From Octopus vulgaris (Eukaryota): a stretch of 64,000 bases of DNA. The translations under genes were made by a program, and so were the position numbers. This document shows positions 37,830 through 50,854 of the stretch, in pieces. Numbering within the stretch: the stretch's first letter is position 1; every line of letters starts with the position of its first letter. The DNA is taken from NCBI GenBank assembly GCA_951406725.2, contig OX597818.1:59768001-59832000 (forward strand). The letters run 5' to 3'. The notes beneath the pieces were generated by a model. That model did not search any database. It was given only the letters and a program-made list of their open reading frames with translations, and was not told the origin of the DNA.

Positions 37830-38320
37830 TGGAGGCGCAATGGCCCAAGGTTAGGTGAGCGGAATCGCGGTCGTAAGAATGTGGTTTCGATTCCCAGACC
37901 GGGCATTGTGAGTGTTTATTGAGCAAAAACATCTAAGCCCCACGAAGCTCCGGCGGGGGATGTTGGTCAACCCTGCTGTACTCTTTCGCCACAACTTTCT
38001 CTCACTCTTTCTTCCTACTTCTGCCACAAAGCAGAGGAACCATGGTGTAACCCTCTATCGTGTGATAAACTTTCAACCCTTAGTCTAGATTGCGAATCCT
38101 CTGTACCCCCAGAATGGTTCAGCTCTCCACCCGTTAAAAGCCACCGTTTACGGAATGAGGATAACAACGTAGCTTTCGCGCCCGTGCAACTGCCCGTCTA
38201 TCGCGTGTGGTGGGTGGATCTTCAAGTCGCCACACTCATTCTTAGTAGCTTAGAGTAGGCTCGAATTAGAGATTATTCTTTGTGGCTAATGGCGTGAGTC
38301 CTGATTGGAAGAAGAAGAAG
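37830..38320 (+). mobile_element. SINE with B-type head, distinct 3' body and (GAA)n tail
   Basis: TSD ACAACAGCAAGTG at 37817-37829 and 38321-38333. Confidence 0.8.
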
Positions 38321-38431
38321 ACAACAGCAAGTGGATAGCGAGTATACATAGATGAGTGTGCAGTAGCGAGTGTTTATTAGCGAGGCGGTAGGAATTGTAT
38401 ATTAGCGAGTTGTGAGTGGGTCAGGAGTACT

Positions 38432-38880
38432 ATGGCAATCCCTCAAGGTCGAGGATGATGGTTTTCGCGCAAATTTATTGGTGAGTCCGCAGGTGACTGA
38501 TATGACCAATTCTTGCTCGAAAAGATCGGTCACAGTGCGGACATCTAGTGCCGGAAGGGAGAGTCGCGCGTGGTTGTTGTTGGCGTTCCTCCCGTAGTCG
38601 TCTTTTCTCCTCCAGCTCTGCAGACCTTTTCGACTCGAAATTCGCCGTTCCCTCATGGATGGTGGTTTTCCAGAGTGGTCTGTTTTTTGCCGTTTCCTCC
38701 CAGTTGGTGAAGTCAATGTCACACTTTTTGAGGTTCGATTTCAGGGAGTCCTTGTAGCGTTTCTTCTGGTCTCCTTTTGTACGCTTGCCGTCTTTGAGTT
38801 GGGAGTAGAAGATCTGTTTGGGAAGTCGTTCGTCAGTCATTCTAACCACGTGGCCGCTCCATCTTAGTTGGTTAAGAGTA
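38432..38880 (-). mobile_element. RTE-clade LINE 3' fragment
   Basis: QLRWSGHVVRMTDERLPKQIFY...C-terminal C2H2 finger CPHCDRSF...SHLRTH, then a short 3' UTR stem-loop. Confidence 0.9.
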
Positions 38881-41800
38881 TACATTAGCGAATATAGATG
38901 GGTAGCGAGTTGGCCATCACAAATTCTATATAGATAACAAAGAGTCCTGAACTACGCCTACTTACAAATTGAAAAGTTACAGCTAAAACCACGGAACTTC
39001 CGATGAAATTTAAAGTATCTTAATTTCTGTAGTCCTCCAAGGACCACTTCACAAAGCTTCATCCCGTTCCCTAAGCTTATATTTCAATAAGAAACCATTC
39101 ACCCTTGTCACTTACTGGTCCTCAGAAAGAATTCAGCTGCGATTCACATAAAAGTGATTCTCACGTATTTGGGTCGTATCACTACAACACAATTAAAACT
39201 TAGAGATCGCATGTCAAACAAAATCGCTTAGCTCATTGTTATAACATTGTCTTATCTCACACAACAATTATTAGCTTAGAGGTGCGTTTTGTTTCTGTTC
39301 CTTCAATACGCAATAGTATCTGCAATTCTGAGGCCAACAGATTCAAACTACTTGTTCCATTCTTTACTCTATCTCCGCCATCCCTTCTCTATTTATCCCA
39401 CTAAACTTTCTACCAAGCACTTTGCTAAATCTTTATTCGCACGAATTGCAATCTCAGTAATTTCTTATCTCTCTACGTTTTTCCTCAACGTTAATTACAG
39501 TGGCGACATGAGATAACAAGGGAGTTTTGCACGGTTACTCGGTTTACAATAAATAGCAGGCAAATAACAACAAATGTTGTCTTACAAAAAGAGATTATTA
39601 CACAACAGATTCCTTGTTTTAGAGAAAACAGGTTGATCATCTCGTAAATACATCTTTCTTGAACGAGGGCTCCTGAATGCTAGACGAGAATGGCCACATA
39701 ACTTGTCTAGGGATTCCAAACATAATGAACGCTACCACAACACATCTGAAAAAAAATCATTCATTTAAATTTAAGAAATTTATTGATATATGTCGATAAT
39801 GAGACTAAAATTATTACAGTCTTTCTACTTATCTAAAGTGAGAATAAATATAAAAATTGCCTTTAAGAAAAAGACATTTTGTTTTATTTTTGCGCGTTAC
39901 CACACACCTTCACGCAAAAGTTTCTAGGGTTAATTAACAAAAATACTTTCGCGTTTCCTAATGTCCGTTTTACTTTATTTCTTTCTTACTTGACTTAGAG
40001 GTAGAACTGCACTGGCGATCTCCGAAACTGGTTATCCGCTGACTGAAATGCTTCTCAAAATTATTTCCCCAAGTCCAGACTCCTCTAAACTAACCAACTG
40101 TTAAGATAATGTCGAGTGATATAAGTAATTTAGACTACATATCAAAACCAAGAACAGAATTTCCAGCTGATGTATACTTAGTGTCAGTTTACTAAATTTA
40201 CTCGACAAGCCAAGCAGCTCTCGCGGAACTTATCTACCAAAAGAACCGTATAGTGGAATTCAATCGATATCGCATAAAAAGAAAGCAAAGCACAAGACTA
40301 TGCAGCCATCGAAGCCGATACGTACACGCGTTGACAAGGTAAATTGTATAATAAATATAAATTGGAGATCTTCAATAAAATCTTATGGATTTTCTATTCA
40401 TACAAATATGTAAGATTCTAGTAATTTCAATGTAAATAATTAAATAAATTTGTCAGCTAAATGATCAATTATTTTAGAAACTTTTAAGAGATATTTAGAA
40501 TATACTAAAATAATAATATTGTCATCATTTTATTTCGAATTCCTTTCAATTTACAAGGTATTGTGTGTATTCGAAATTGCTTGAGCTAAGTAATTGAATG
40601 TCAAAAGGGAAGTCAATTGTTTCTGAAATTGTTTTCGATAACCATTTTATTCTGCTTCTCAAAATGCTAAACGTCACTTGTTGCATGCAAGACATTAGAT
40701 ATTAAGTCGAATTTGCTATTTCACATAGAAACACTTCTGCAAACAAAACAAATTTCTTTATTTGATTTGGGATACGTTCAAACTGTTTTGTGTGTCCACT
40801 ATTAAATTTTGCTCCATACCTTGTCAAATATGCTTTCGTTATCCACACACTTCAAACTGCTTTTGTCGATTTAGTCCAATGAAAAGTAGATTTACACAAG
40901 TTAATTTGCCTTCGTTGTCTGAAAACTAGAAAAATTTGGAGATAAACACCAGTTTTATGAGACACTACGGTACAATAATAAAAACAATTCTGTCTTAATT
41001 CAAGCAATTTCCCACATTATTTTCTTAATACAGAACCTTATTATTCCATCTTTTATTATAAATATAAACGCACTCTTGGCAGGCATTCTTATCCTTTTAT
41101 GCCGTATGTGTTTATTTTATATCTCATTGGGGAAGCCGATGCGTTTAAGTGAGCAATTTTGAAACGTTGTCAGTCATGTCCTTCTGTTGCAGTTTGTTTT
41201 GTATTCTATGAGTTCTTTCATTCACTTTTTTCCTTTACTTATTTCTAACTTGCGGACGCGCAATGGCCCAGTGGTTAAGGCAGCGCACGCACACACACAC
41301 ACACATACAACCACACGCATACATATAACCACACACACACACATACAACCACGCACACACATACACACACAGACTCACATACAACCGAAGATAGATGAAT
41401 TGTGGTAGACGAATTCGCCTAGAACCCATCTGTCTGTTGTGTTGGTTGTTCAGAATATAAACAACACGAGTTATGGTTTTTTGTTGGGTAATATTTTTTT
41501 ATATTTCTTTTATACTACCGATTGACCATTGCGTAGAATATACTTTATTAAGTTGTTTTGGGTGTTATTTTTGTTAGTTGGTTTCCATATTGGGTAGGTG
41601 TTAGGTGCATAAAATACGCAATGTCCTGTTTAACTATATATTGTTTCTCTCTCTAAGATTGTGCGCGCCCTTGCAAATCCCGTTGTGGATTGCATGCTTT
41701 CGTCAGTATCTTGAAATTATTCTTAGTTCACCATGTAGTAGTAGCTTTATTCTTGCTTTTAAGAAATCTAAAATAAGCACATCATGATTATTTTAATTCC

Positions 41801-42999
41801 AAGTAATCCACAATGCAGAAAATGTTTTGCACTCTTCAAGCCAGGTCAATTCCTTCTGCCATTGATCCTTCTCTTAGAAAGGCCCTGCAGGTTCACCGAA
41901 TCTAAGATCTCAGTTGTTAAGTTCTCATCAGCTTCTATGAGTGTCTTATCTGAAACGATAAGACTGTAGATTGTTTCTATAACTCGAAATAATGCACAGT
42001 GTTAAAAAGCGAAATTCCCAAAGCATATTCGATAAAAAATTTTGTTTTTGAACATAAACTCAAATCGGTTGAGGAAGTCTGCTCTTTTGCAATTTGTTGT
42101 TCATTGGTTATTTTTCTGGAAAACGAATTCCAAGGGCAAATCGTAAAAGACAGCAATGCCTTGTCTGTAATCTATCTAGTAAAGTTTCTATTAACACAAT
42201 ACACTTTCAAGAAATATCTTGGAAATTGATTAATACAAGTTTCGTAACCGATGACAGCGAGAATGGTTTTGCAAATGTCTATAATATCGAATTTACGCAT
42301 AACTGACATACACTAAGTATGTATCTGGAGAAGTTTTCAAGATATTAAAACAATTCCTTCATTTGTTATGATTCCCCAAAGGCACCAATAAATCTGAAGA
42401 TTACTGGAACTTTGCAAGACTTTGTAGTCATAACCGACAACTCATAATAAACTCTAAACTAAACGCTGATGTCCAATATTACGATAATTCTTACTTTTAC
42501 AAGAAATAGTTCTTTTTTCATTTCCTCTTACATCGAACAGGTTTTCGCAGCTGGAGAATATCAATTTAGTGGAAAACATTGCGAATGAAGAACATGATGT
42601 ATTTTCAATAAGAAAACTAGAAAATATTAGATTCAGCGAGTTTTACGTGGTTGTATGTCTCTTGTCAAATATTTCTTCAATGTTAAATGTAGCAATGATA
42701 TATGCTGGTAGTTTTGCAGAATCGGAAGAGTATCGAATAAAACTGTTTTCTGTATTTAATAATAGGGATTTACAGTTCAAATCCCGACGGAGTTGACTTC
42801 ATTTATTTATTTTGCAGTTGATAAAGATATAAACCAGTCCTAGCTAATTATGCCCCACCATAATTTGACGACAATTTGCTAATACATTACTACAATTACA
42901 AAAGACTGGTAGATTTGTTAGCGTGTAAAATAAAATGTGTTTCGTATACATTTAGGTTTCATTCCGTTCAAATTCCACCGATAATTATCCGTCATCTAT

Positions 43000-43160
43000 G
43001 CAAAGGCGATGATGTTTAACAGAACAACCCTCAAACGTTTGTTGAACTAAAGGCAGCAATCACAGCAGAAATCGGAGAAATCTCTAAAGAGGAATGTGTT
43101 CCAGTAATTCACAATTTTGCGCTACGTATGCCATTTGGATCATATTTCGAAAAGAACATT
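43000..43160 (+). mobile_element. Tc1/mariner C-terminal fragment
   Basis: NNPQTFVELKAAITAEIGEISKEEC..VIHNF. Confidence 0.6.
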
Positions 43161-43199
43161 ACTTTTATTTTATTTATTTTTTTCTTTTTTACTTTAGGA

Positions 43200-43830
43200 A
43201 ATTTTGGTTCAGTCGATTATATCGTCCCCATTACGCAACTGATACTTAATTTATCGACCCCGAAATGATGAAAGGCAAAGTCGACCTCGGTTGAATTTGA
43301 ACTCAGAACGCAAAGACAGACAAAATAACGCAAAGCATTTCGTCTAGCTTGCTAACGTTTCTTATTTCTTTACTACCCACAAGGGGCTAAACATAGCGGG
43401 GACAAACAATGACAGACAAAGGAATTAATTCGAATACTTTGATCCCAGTGCGTAACTGGTACTTAATTTATCGACCCAGAAAGGATGAAAGGCAAAGTCG
43501 ACCTCCGCGGAATTTGAACTCACAACGTAACGGCAGACGAAATACCTATTCCTTTACTACCCACTAGGGGCTAAACACAGAGGGAACAAAGAAGGACAGA
43601 AAAAGGATTAAGTCGATTACATCGACCCCAGTGCGTAACTGGTACTTATTTAATCGACCCCGAATGGATGAAAGGCAAAATCGACCTCCGCGGAATTTGA
43701 ACTCAGAACGTAGCAGCAGAGGAAATACCTATTTCTTTACTACCCACAAGGGACTAAACACAGAGGGAACACACAAGTACAGGCAAACGGATTAAGTCGA
43801 TTACATTGATCCCAGTGCATAACTGGTACT
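43200..43830 (-). mobile_element. SINE family A tandem array (about 3.5 units)
   Basis: Repeated GAAAGGCAAAGTCGACCTC..GAATTTGAACTC units. Confidence 0.9.
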
Positions 43831-44008
43831 TTCAAGGGGCCGGCTTTGTCACTCTCTGTGTCACGCTGAATATCCCCGAGAACTACGTTAAGGGTGCACG
43901 TGTCTGTGGAGTGCTCAGCCACTTACACGTTAATTTCACGAGCAGCAGGCTGTTCCGTTGATTCGGATCAACCGGAACCCTCGTCGTCGTAACCGACGGA
44001 GTGCTTCC
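43831..44008 (+). mobile_element. SINE family B 3' half
   Basis: TTCAAGGGGCCGGC...GACGGAGTGCTTCC, directly abutting the inverted A array. Confidence 0.9.
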
Positions 44009-44677
44009 CCTATACTTTGTGTATAAATTCTGCATTCACTTTCTGGTCTCATAATGCTTTGAATATTCCTCCGCGCACCGAACTCACACTCCGAAATCCC
44101 CCCCACCACCACCACTTCTTCCTCTTCAGCTTTTTCTACTTCTCCGCTACCGACACACACCACACTCCTTGCCTTTTACTTCTATTCTGCTTCCGCTGTT
44201 TCCTTCCTACTTTTGCCACCTCAGCCATTGTCACCTATTTCTATAGCATCGTTGCTATTTTAGCCATTTTAATATATAATTCTGTCGCACTCTCTCACAT
44301 TATCTTCCGCCATCTTGCAATCTGTTTCTTCCTTTCTTTGTACTTATACTCTCTCTTTCTCTGTCTCTCTTTCCCTCCTTCTATAATTATCACTTCTTCC
44401 CTTTTATTTCCTCACTTTCTTCTTGCATTTATTCCCTCTCCACTCCCCCTCTCTTTCTCTCTCTCATTCCTATTCTATCTCAATCTTTATAATTCCATCT
44501 CTCCTCGCTCTTCATATCAGAACTCCATTATTGCCTCATGCTTCCCTCCCACCCCCGCTTCTTCCTCTTTAGTTTAACATTCCTTCATCTCGTCGTTACC
44601 AATCTCTGTTCTCTTTGTTCCTCTTTTCACTCGTTTATTTCCAACTTTCCTCTCTTTGTCTCGATATTACACCCTTT

Positions 44678-45054
44678 GGTGGAGGCGCAATGGCCCAGTG
44701 GTTAAGGCAGCGGACTCGCGGTCATAGGATCGCGGTTTCGATTCCCAGACCGGGCGTTGTGAGTGTTTATTGAGCGAAAACAACTAAAAGCTCCACGACG
44801 CTCCATTACACCCTTTTATTGAAGGCGGCGAGCTGGCAGAATTGTTAGCACGCCGGGCGAAATGCTTTGCGGTATTTCGTCAGCCGTTACGTTCTGAGTT
44901 CAAATTTCGCCGAGGTCGACTTTGCCTTTCATCATTTCAGACTCGATTAAATAAGTACCAGTTACGTATTGGGGTCGATATAATCGACTTAATCCGTTTG
45001 TCTGTCCTTCTTTGTCCCCTCTGTGTTTAGCCCCTTGTAGGTAGTAAAGAAATA
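44678..45054 (+). mobile_element. 3'-truncated SINE-B (44678-44804) and SINE-A (44823-45054) at the same target
   Basis: ATTACACCCTTT occurs 3 times: 44666, 44805 and 45058. Confidence 0.88.
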
Positions 45055-45431
45055 GATATTACACCCTTTTACACTCGCTTTGCTTTTTATCACCTTCCTA
45101 CATTCTCTTATCTTTACCTCTGTCTTTAACCCTGTGTTATTACCTTTTTATCTGATATAAAATCAACATCACTTTCATTCCATTCCTTCTCTCTCTCACA
45201 CTCTCTCATTATTTGTTCTTCTTCTCTGTCTCTCACTCTCTCATTCTTTGTTCTTCTCTCTCTCGCACTCTCTCATTTCTTCTTCTTCTTCTCTCTTCTG
45301 TTTCACAATGCTTCTCTATCTGAGACTATTAAATGTCCTTCATACATCTGCCTTCTGCTTTGTTTACCCTATCCCATCCTCATGTCTCAACCGTCTCTAA
45401 TTATTTCTTGTTATATACATTTTATTTGTTA

Positions 45432-45804
45432 CTAGCAGTATCGCCCGGCGTTGCTCAGGTTTGTAAGGGAAATAACTATAAAGCATTTTTAGAGAGTTAT
45501 AGCCAAAAAATAGCAAAAAAATTATGGTAAATTTTTTTTTTACTTAAAAAAGGTTGAGTTGCGTCCCCTAGACAGTTTGTGGTTTGTGTTTCTGATTCTC
45601 GACCCCATGTCGATTTTATCGATTTTTTTCAGAACTGGGGGAACTTTTCAAAATTTTCGCTGCGTTAGTTTTGAATTATGACATTGGGCTATGTGTGTGT
45701 CAAGTTTCATCAGAATCGGTTGAAAGCCGTGGTCAGGGTGAGGGTACGAGAAAACAGACACACAGAAACACGCACAGACAAACTGCCGTTTATATATAGA
45801 GAGA
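45432..45804 (-). mobile_element. Non-autonomous Helitron
   Basis: Minus strand reads A|TCTCTCTATATATAAA...GAGCAACGCCGGGCGATACTGCTAG|T: 5' TC, 3' CTAG, subterminal GC-rich hairpin, A-T target, no TSD. Confidence 0.8.
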
Positions 45805-45867
45805 TTACTCTGCTATAGTCCTATAAGCTGCCACCATGTTAACAATATTACATATCCATCTGCCACA

Positions 45868-45998
45868 GATGGCACTCTTTGATATTACCATGGATGGCAC
45901 TCTTTTGGCACTCTTTGACTATGACATGGATAGCACTCTTATGGAACTGTTTGAGTGTATCATGGATAGCAATCTTTTGGAACTGTTTGAGTGTGCCA
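45868..45998. repeat. 36-bp minisatellite (3 units plus a partial unit)
   Basis: CATGGAT starts at 45889, 45925 and 45961. Confidence 0.8.
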
Positions 45999-46199
45999 AA
46001 ATTTAGTTAATCCCTCTACCAAACAGAAATATCAACATAATCCTCAATCGTTGTGAGTCTGTCTTCCCTTACACGCAAGCTGCCAGTTGGCTCACATATT
46101 CTACATACGCAATTGTTAATGCTGTGTAGGAGATATTCGTATTAAATACAATTCTAGCGTAGAGCACAATTTCAAGGTATCACGGTATGAACCAGGCTC

Positions 46200-46466
46200 G
46201 CGGCTGTTGTTATACATCGCTTATCACAATGCGCTTTCCATTTTTGTAGCTTTTGAACGGCGCCACCCTGCGGGGTATGCGAGTAGGTCAACATTCCCTT
46301 TGATCGGAAGGATTTATGCCCATTTACATCTCAGCAAAGTGGAACAGCGTGAAATGAAGCGTTGTGCGTTGCCCAAGAACACAACGTGCCACCCGGTCAG
46401 AGAATCGAACCCGTGACCTAGCGATCGTAAGTGCAACACCCTAACCACTATGCCACGCGACTTCAC
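46200..46466 (-). mobile_element. E-related tRNA SINE with a different tail
   Basis: Head GTGGCATAGTGGTTAG..GGTTCGATTC and GTGTTCTTGGGCAAC core; the tail resembles 30935-31008. Confidence 0.65.
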
Positions 46467-47819
46467 AGAGCACATATTAGCCATTCATAAACACAAAGAC
46501 TCTTAATTTCACCTAAACATTCAATTATTTAGCCTCAAACATTTTGTCGCGACATCTGCCACCTGGTCACTGACGCAACTCCACTGCACGTTGGTTAAAG
46601 GCGAAGTTGTTAATCAACATATAAAGGCTTCAAGGTTATAATTTCTCCCATCTATATGGTTAAGGTCATTCTGACCGAGTATTTAAATTTGGCCACTTAG
46701 CTTGGTATTTGGTTGTCTTTCCCTTGCCCTCCTCTTCTTTGTTTCCACTTCTCTTTTTTTAGCATTGTAAACTGCACGTTTTAATGTACGATCTCAAATC
46801 AAATCACTTGCCTGACAATTACACATTTGACATTCACATCTAATGTTTTTATCTTTTGAAGTTATGAGGCCCTGAAAGCGCAGCTTTCAATTTAATGCTG
46901 ACATAAAACGTCATATACACGTGTTCGGAAGCGAGAACTCTCCATTTTGTTGCGCGGACACGACTACTGACACAGAATCTAAAAGCAGATGTTTTTATGT
47001 TTTAATTTTTGATATCATTCTTTCATACAACACACTGACTGATGAAATATATTTGTTGATATTTTAGATCTCACTTGAAGCATATACTAATGATCACGTA
47101 CCTGGACTTGAAAGAGCTGTTTATCTAATTGCAGCTATTTCTTTACATTAATATTCTTTAAACTGTTTTTTCCCGCTTTTCTGTTAAGATATTTCATTCA
47201 TTTCACAGACTTCAACATCTTGCTGTCTGCTTGGAAAATGGCCAACTACTATATTTCATTCAAAAACTGGTATGTGCCTCATCCAAGAAAGATGACGCTT
47301 GCAGCTTACTTTAAGATTTCACGCAGTGATCTCTGGGCTATTCACTTCTATCTTACATTTACCCATGAAAACAAAGGCAGCAAGTTGAAAAGCAAATCTG
47401 ATATACGTTTTCGCAATGCCTTTAGAAACGTGCGTACGGTATATCCCAGTCAATATCAATATTCCTTGCATCCCCATGCAAGTTGAAGCGGGAATTCATT
47501 TTACGATTTTCGAGCACTCCATAACAAATTTTGTGATTGCAGAGTGTATTCTGCAGCAAATCGTTAAACCTGAATCCTTGACGAAAGGTCCCAACAGGCT
47601 TGTAACCTTTTCAAAAGCTTCTGTATCGCAATCAGCCAATTATTTTAGAGGAGTTGTGCTTGCCATGTTATTGAAGCTCTATTAACCAGCCAATTAATTT
47701 TATTTCGGTTCCAGTACTGGGAACCAACATTTTAAAGTAGCGCCATCTACAGATATATACCGATAATAAAAATACATGACTAAAATCAATGATGTAGCCA
47801 TCGTCGACATTGAGAACAA

Positions 47820-48003
47820 GGTCACGAAAGATAGGAGTCAGGCAGTAGTGGTTAATGGAGTCACCTCTATGAAAACACAAATAGTGAGCGGTGTTCCACA
47901 AGGCACTGTCTTGGGACCACTGCTTTTTATAGTGGCCCTCTCAGATATGCCCTCAAATGCCCGGATAGCCACTCTGGCCAGCTATGCAGACGATACGAAA
48001 TTT
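47820..48003 (+). mobile_element. CR1/Jockey-group RT fragment
   Basis: RSQAVVVNG..SGVPQGTVLGPLLF..YADDTK. Confidence 0.88.
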
Positions 48004-48224
48004 CCAAGAACTTTAAACGTGTGGTCTTCCTCAAACAAACATTACTAAAATCATCGAAGTATCTACAGAGATTTTGTAAAACACGCCATACTATAGTGGC
48101 ACAATAATACTAATATGCTCATGAGATAAACTTGTCTCAGACCAGATGGTTATCTTTTCGGCTACATTTGACAAGGTTCAGCAATCAACGGTTGGAAATT
48201 GCTTTCTTGGTATTGAAAATAGAA

Positions 48225-50854
48225 TTTCCAAAGTTCGTTAGCTTAAATGCGTTGACCATGTAGCCCCTTTCTTTGAGCATTCTCTCACACTCATTAAGGG
48301 GATACTGCAATGCATTCTGATTTCAAATTCATTATTTAATTGGGTATTAAACAATTCACTTCTTTGCGACTTTACCAAGAATTCGAGATGTGGGCAAGAT
48401 TTTAAGACGTAGAATGATTGTATGGAATTTATCCATAATGGATAAGGCACAGGAGTGGCTATGTGGTAAGTACTTGCTAACCAATCACATGGTTGCGGGT
48501 TCAGTCCCACTGCGTGGCATCTTGGGCAAGTGTCTTCTGCTATAGCCCCGGGCCGACCAATGCCTTGTGAGTGGATTTGGTAGACGGAAACTGAAAGAAG
48601 CCTGTCGTATATATGTAATATGTATATATATGTATGCGCGTGTGTCTGTGTTTGTCCCCCTAGCATTGCTTGACAACCGATGCTGGTGTGTTTACGTCCC
48701 CGTTACTTAGCGGTTCAGCAAAAGAGACCGATAGAATAAGTACTGGGCTTACAAAGAATAAGTCCCGGGGTCGATTTGCTCGACTAAAGGCGGTGCTCCA
48801 GCATGGCCGCAGTCAAATGACTGAAACAAGTAAAAGAGTAAAAGAGAGAGAGTAAAAAATGGTTCATGCAACAGTAAAGGATTCTTTGAACAGAACGTGA
48901 TGAAACTGAGTGAAAATAATGTTCAAACAGGAGGAGTAACAAAGGTGTTGTCAGCTGACCTCTGTGAAAGGCTGCCAAGGATTGTAAAAGAAACAACAGC
49001 TGACCAATTCGGGTTTTGTTCCTCTAAATGGTCGCTTTGAGCCAAAGTTTAAAAACGAACCGTCAAATGCCTATAAATGCATGTTGGGATCTGTTTGTTT
49101 GTAAATTAACTGCCTGGTCATTTTGCGAACAATTTGTTACGATTTACAGAGAGAATATATTGCGCTTCGAAACAATGTGGACGTGGAATCCCCTCCTATG
49201 AGCATAGTAGACAAAACAGCAGACGAATCAGTTGCTTCTGAAGCTGCAACGTCATCAGCAATCACATATAGAAATGTCCATAACAGTGGTATAACGCCAC
49301 GAAGTTTTGAGATTAACTGGCAGCTGGTGTCAGAATTTAGAGGAAATATTCATACCTGAAAACAAATCGATACTTTCAATAATCAGAGATACTTTACACA
49401 TCATCATGCAATAATATTGAATTCCTGAAGCTTTTCACATCTACTACAATACAGATTATATGAAAAGGGTTTTGTTGCTAAATTTGGACCAACTTTTTAA
49501 TTACAATGGCACCAGATAATAATAAGAAATCTCATGCAGCATGCAATCGCGACTTTACCAAGAATTCCACGGACGTACCAAAGGATTTGGAGCAATTATA
49601 ACTGAAATATTATACACATCAATATAAATATTCCTTTCATTTAGGAGACTTCTGCTTCTGGTATATCTACGCTTCGCCAAGTTCCTTAGTAAATCTCAAA
49701 GAACAAACTACATCGACAGTTCCATTACTTCATCTCTACATATAGACAGCATTATATATTAAGTCTCTGATATAAAACAAATATGTATTTCTGTCCATAA
49801 CTGGCGAAAACGAAATTATTGTATATACTGAGCTGTTAGTTTGACCATTTTAAGAATTCTCAAGCTATGCTGTTGACAGGCCAAATATCATATATTCTTA
49901 GGAAACCATAACTTCAATACAAATTAAAGAAATCGTTTATATCAGTTAGGTTTCATGGAATTAAATTCATTTCTTTTGGCACTACACTTACATTATTTGG
50001 ACGCACGAGATCTCTCTCTGAATTACGGTTTTGTTTTCACGTATTTTCAAAATGGTATTATTTCGATATGATTTTCCTAATACATTTAGACGTTATTTTA
50101 ATAATTTATTTATGGAATAAATGATAAAACATTAAAGGTCCATGATTCTTTTAAGCAAAATTTGTTTCATTTTCAGGTAGTTGAGTCTCCTCATTTAAAA
50201 TGCATGAACAAGCTTCTTCTCGTATTGCCTTGTGTAATACATTATTCATATTGAGCATGTATGTATTTGATAATTCAGCTGTGTTTTAAGGTGAATATAG
50301 CTTCATATACTGGCTATGGTTAAAATACCATATAAAGGGATTCCAATTCCAAGAAAACAAATTTATATAAGAATCACGTTTCATGGCATAAGGACCTTTC
50401 AGAATTAGATATTCTGTCATCCATTTTGTATTTAGAAGTGTTATTTCACTATTTACTTCTGTATTCTGGGTGGGTTCGAATTCTGCCTCAATGTCTAGGC
50501 ATTGCTTCTTCAACATGCCTATCTTGGAATGTTCGGATGTACAGAAAGGCCTTTTATTTCGATGTTGTTATCTGTACTGGTTCTTTTTCCAAAGTTCGTT
50601 AGCTTAAATGCGCTGACCATGTAGCCCCTTCTTTGAGCATTCTGTCACACTCATTAAGGGGATACTGCACTGCATTCTGATTTCAAATTCATTATTTAAT
50701 TGGGTATTAAACAATTCAGTTCTTTGCGACTTTACCAAGAATTCGAGATGTGGGCAAGATTTTAAGATGTCAAATGATTGTATGGAATTTATCCATAATG
50801 GTTCATGCAACAGCCAAGGATTCTTTGAACAAAACGTAATGAACTTGAGTGAAA
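48225..50854 (+). repeat. Direct repeat pair of about 270 bp (48225-48914 with SINE; 50586-50854 without)
   Basis: Near-identical TTCCAAAGTTCGTTAGCTTAAATGCG...GAGTGAAA. Confidence 0.9.
48442..48857 (+). mobile_element. SINE family C, full length
   Basis: A box GTGGCTATGTGG, B-box-like GGTTCAGTCCC, internal microsatellite, LINE-derived tail; AATGG duplicated; empty site at about 50797. Confidence 0.93.

Noticed and set aside
44017-44577. 186-aa hydrophobic ORF
   Set aside because: CT-rich low-complexity DNA naturally lacks stops and encodes L/S/F/P.
48225-50854. LTR retrotransposon interpretation of the direct repeats
   Set aside because: No TG..CA ends, primer-binding site, polypurine tract, TSD or gag/pol remnants.
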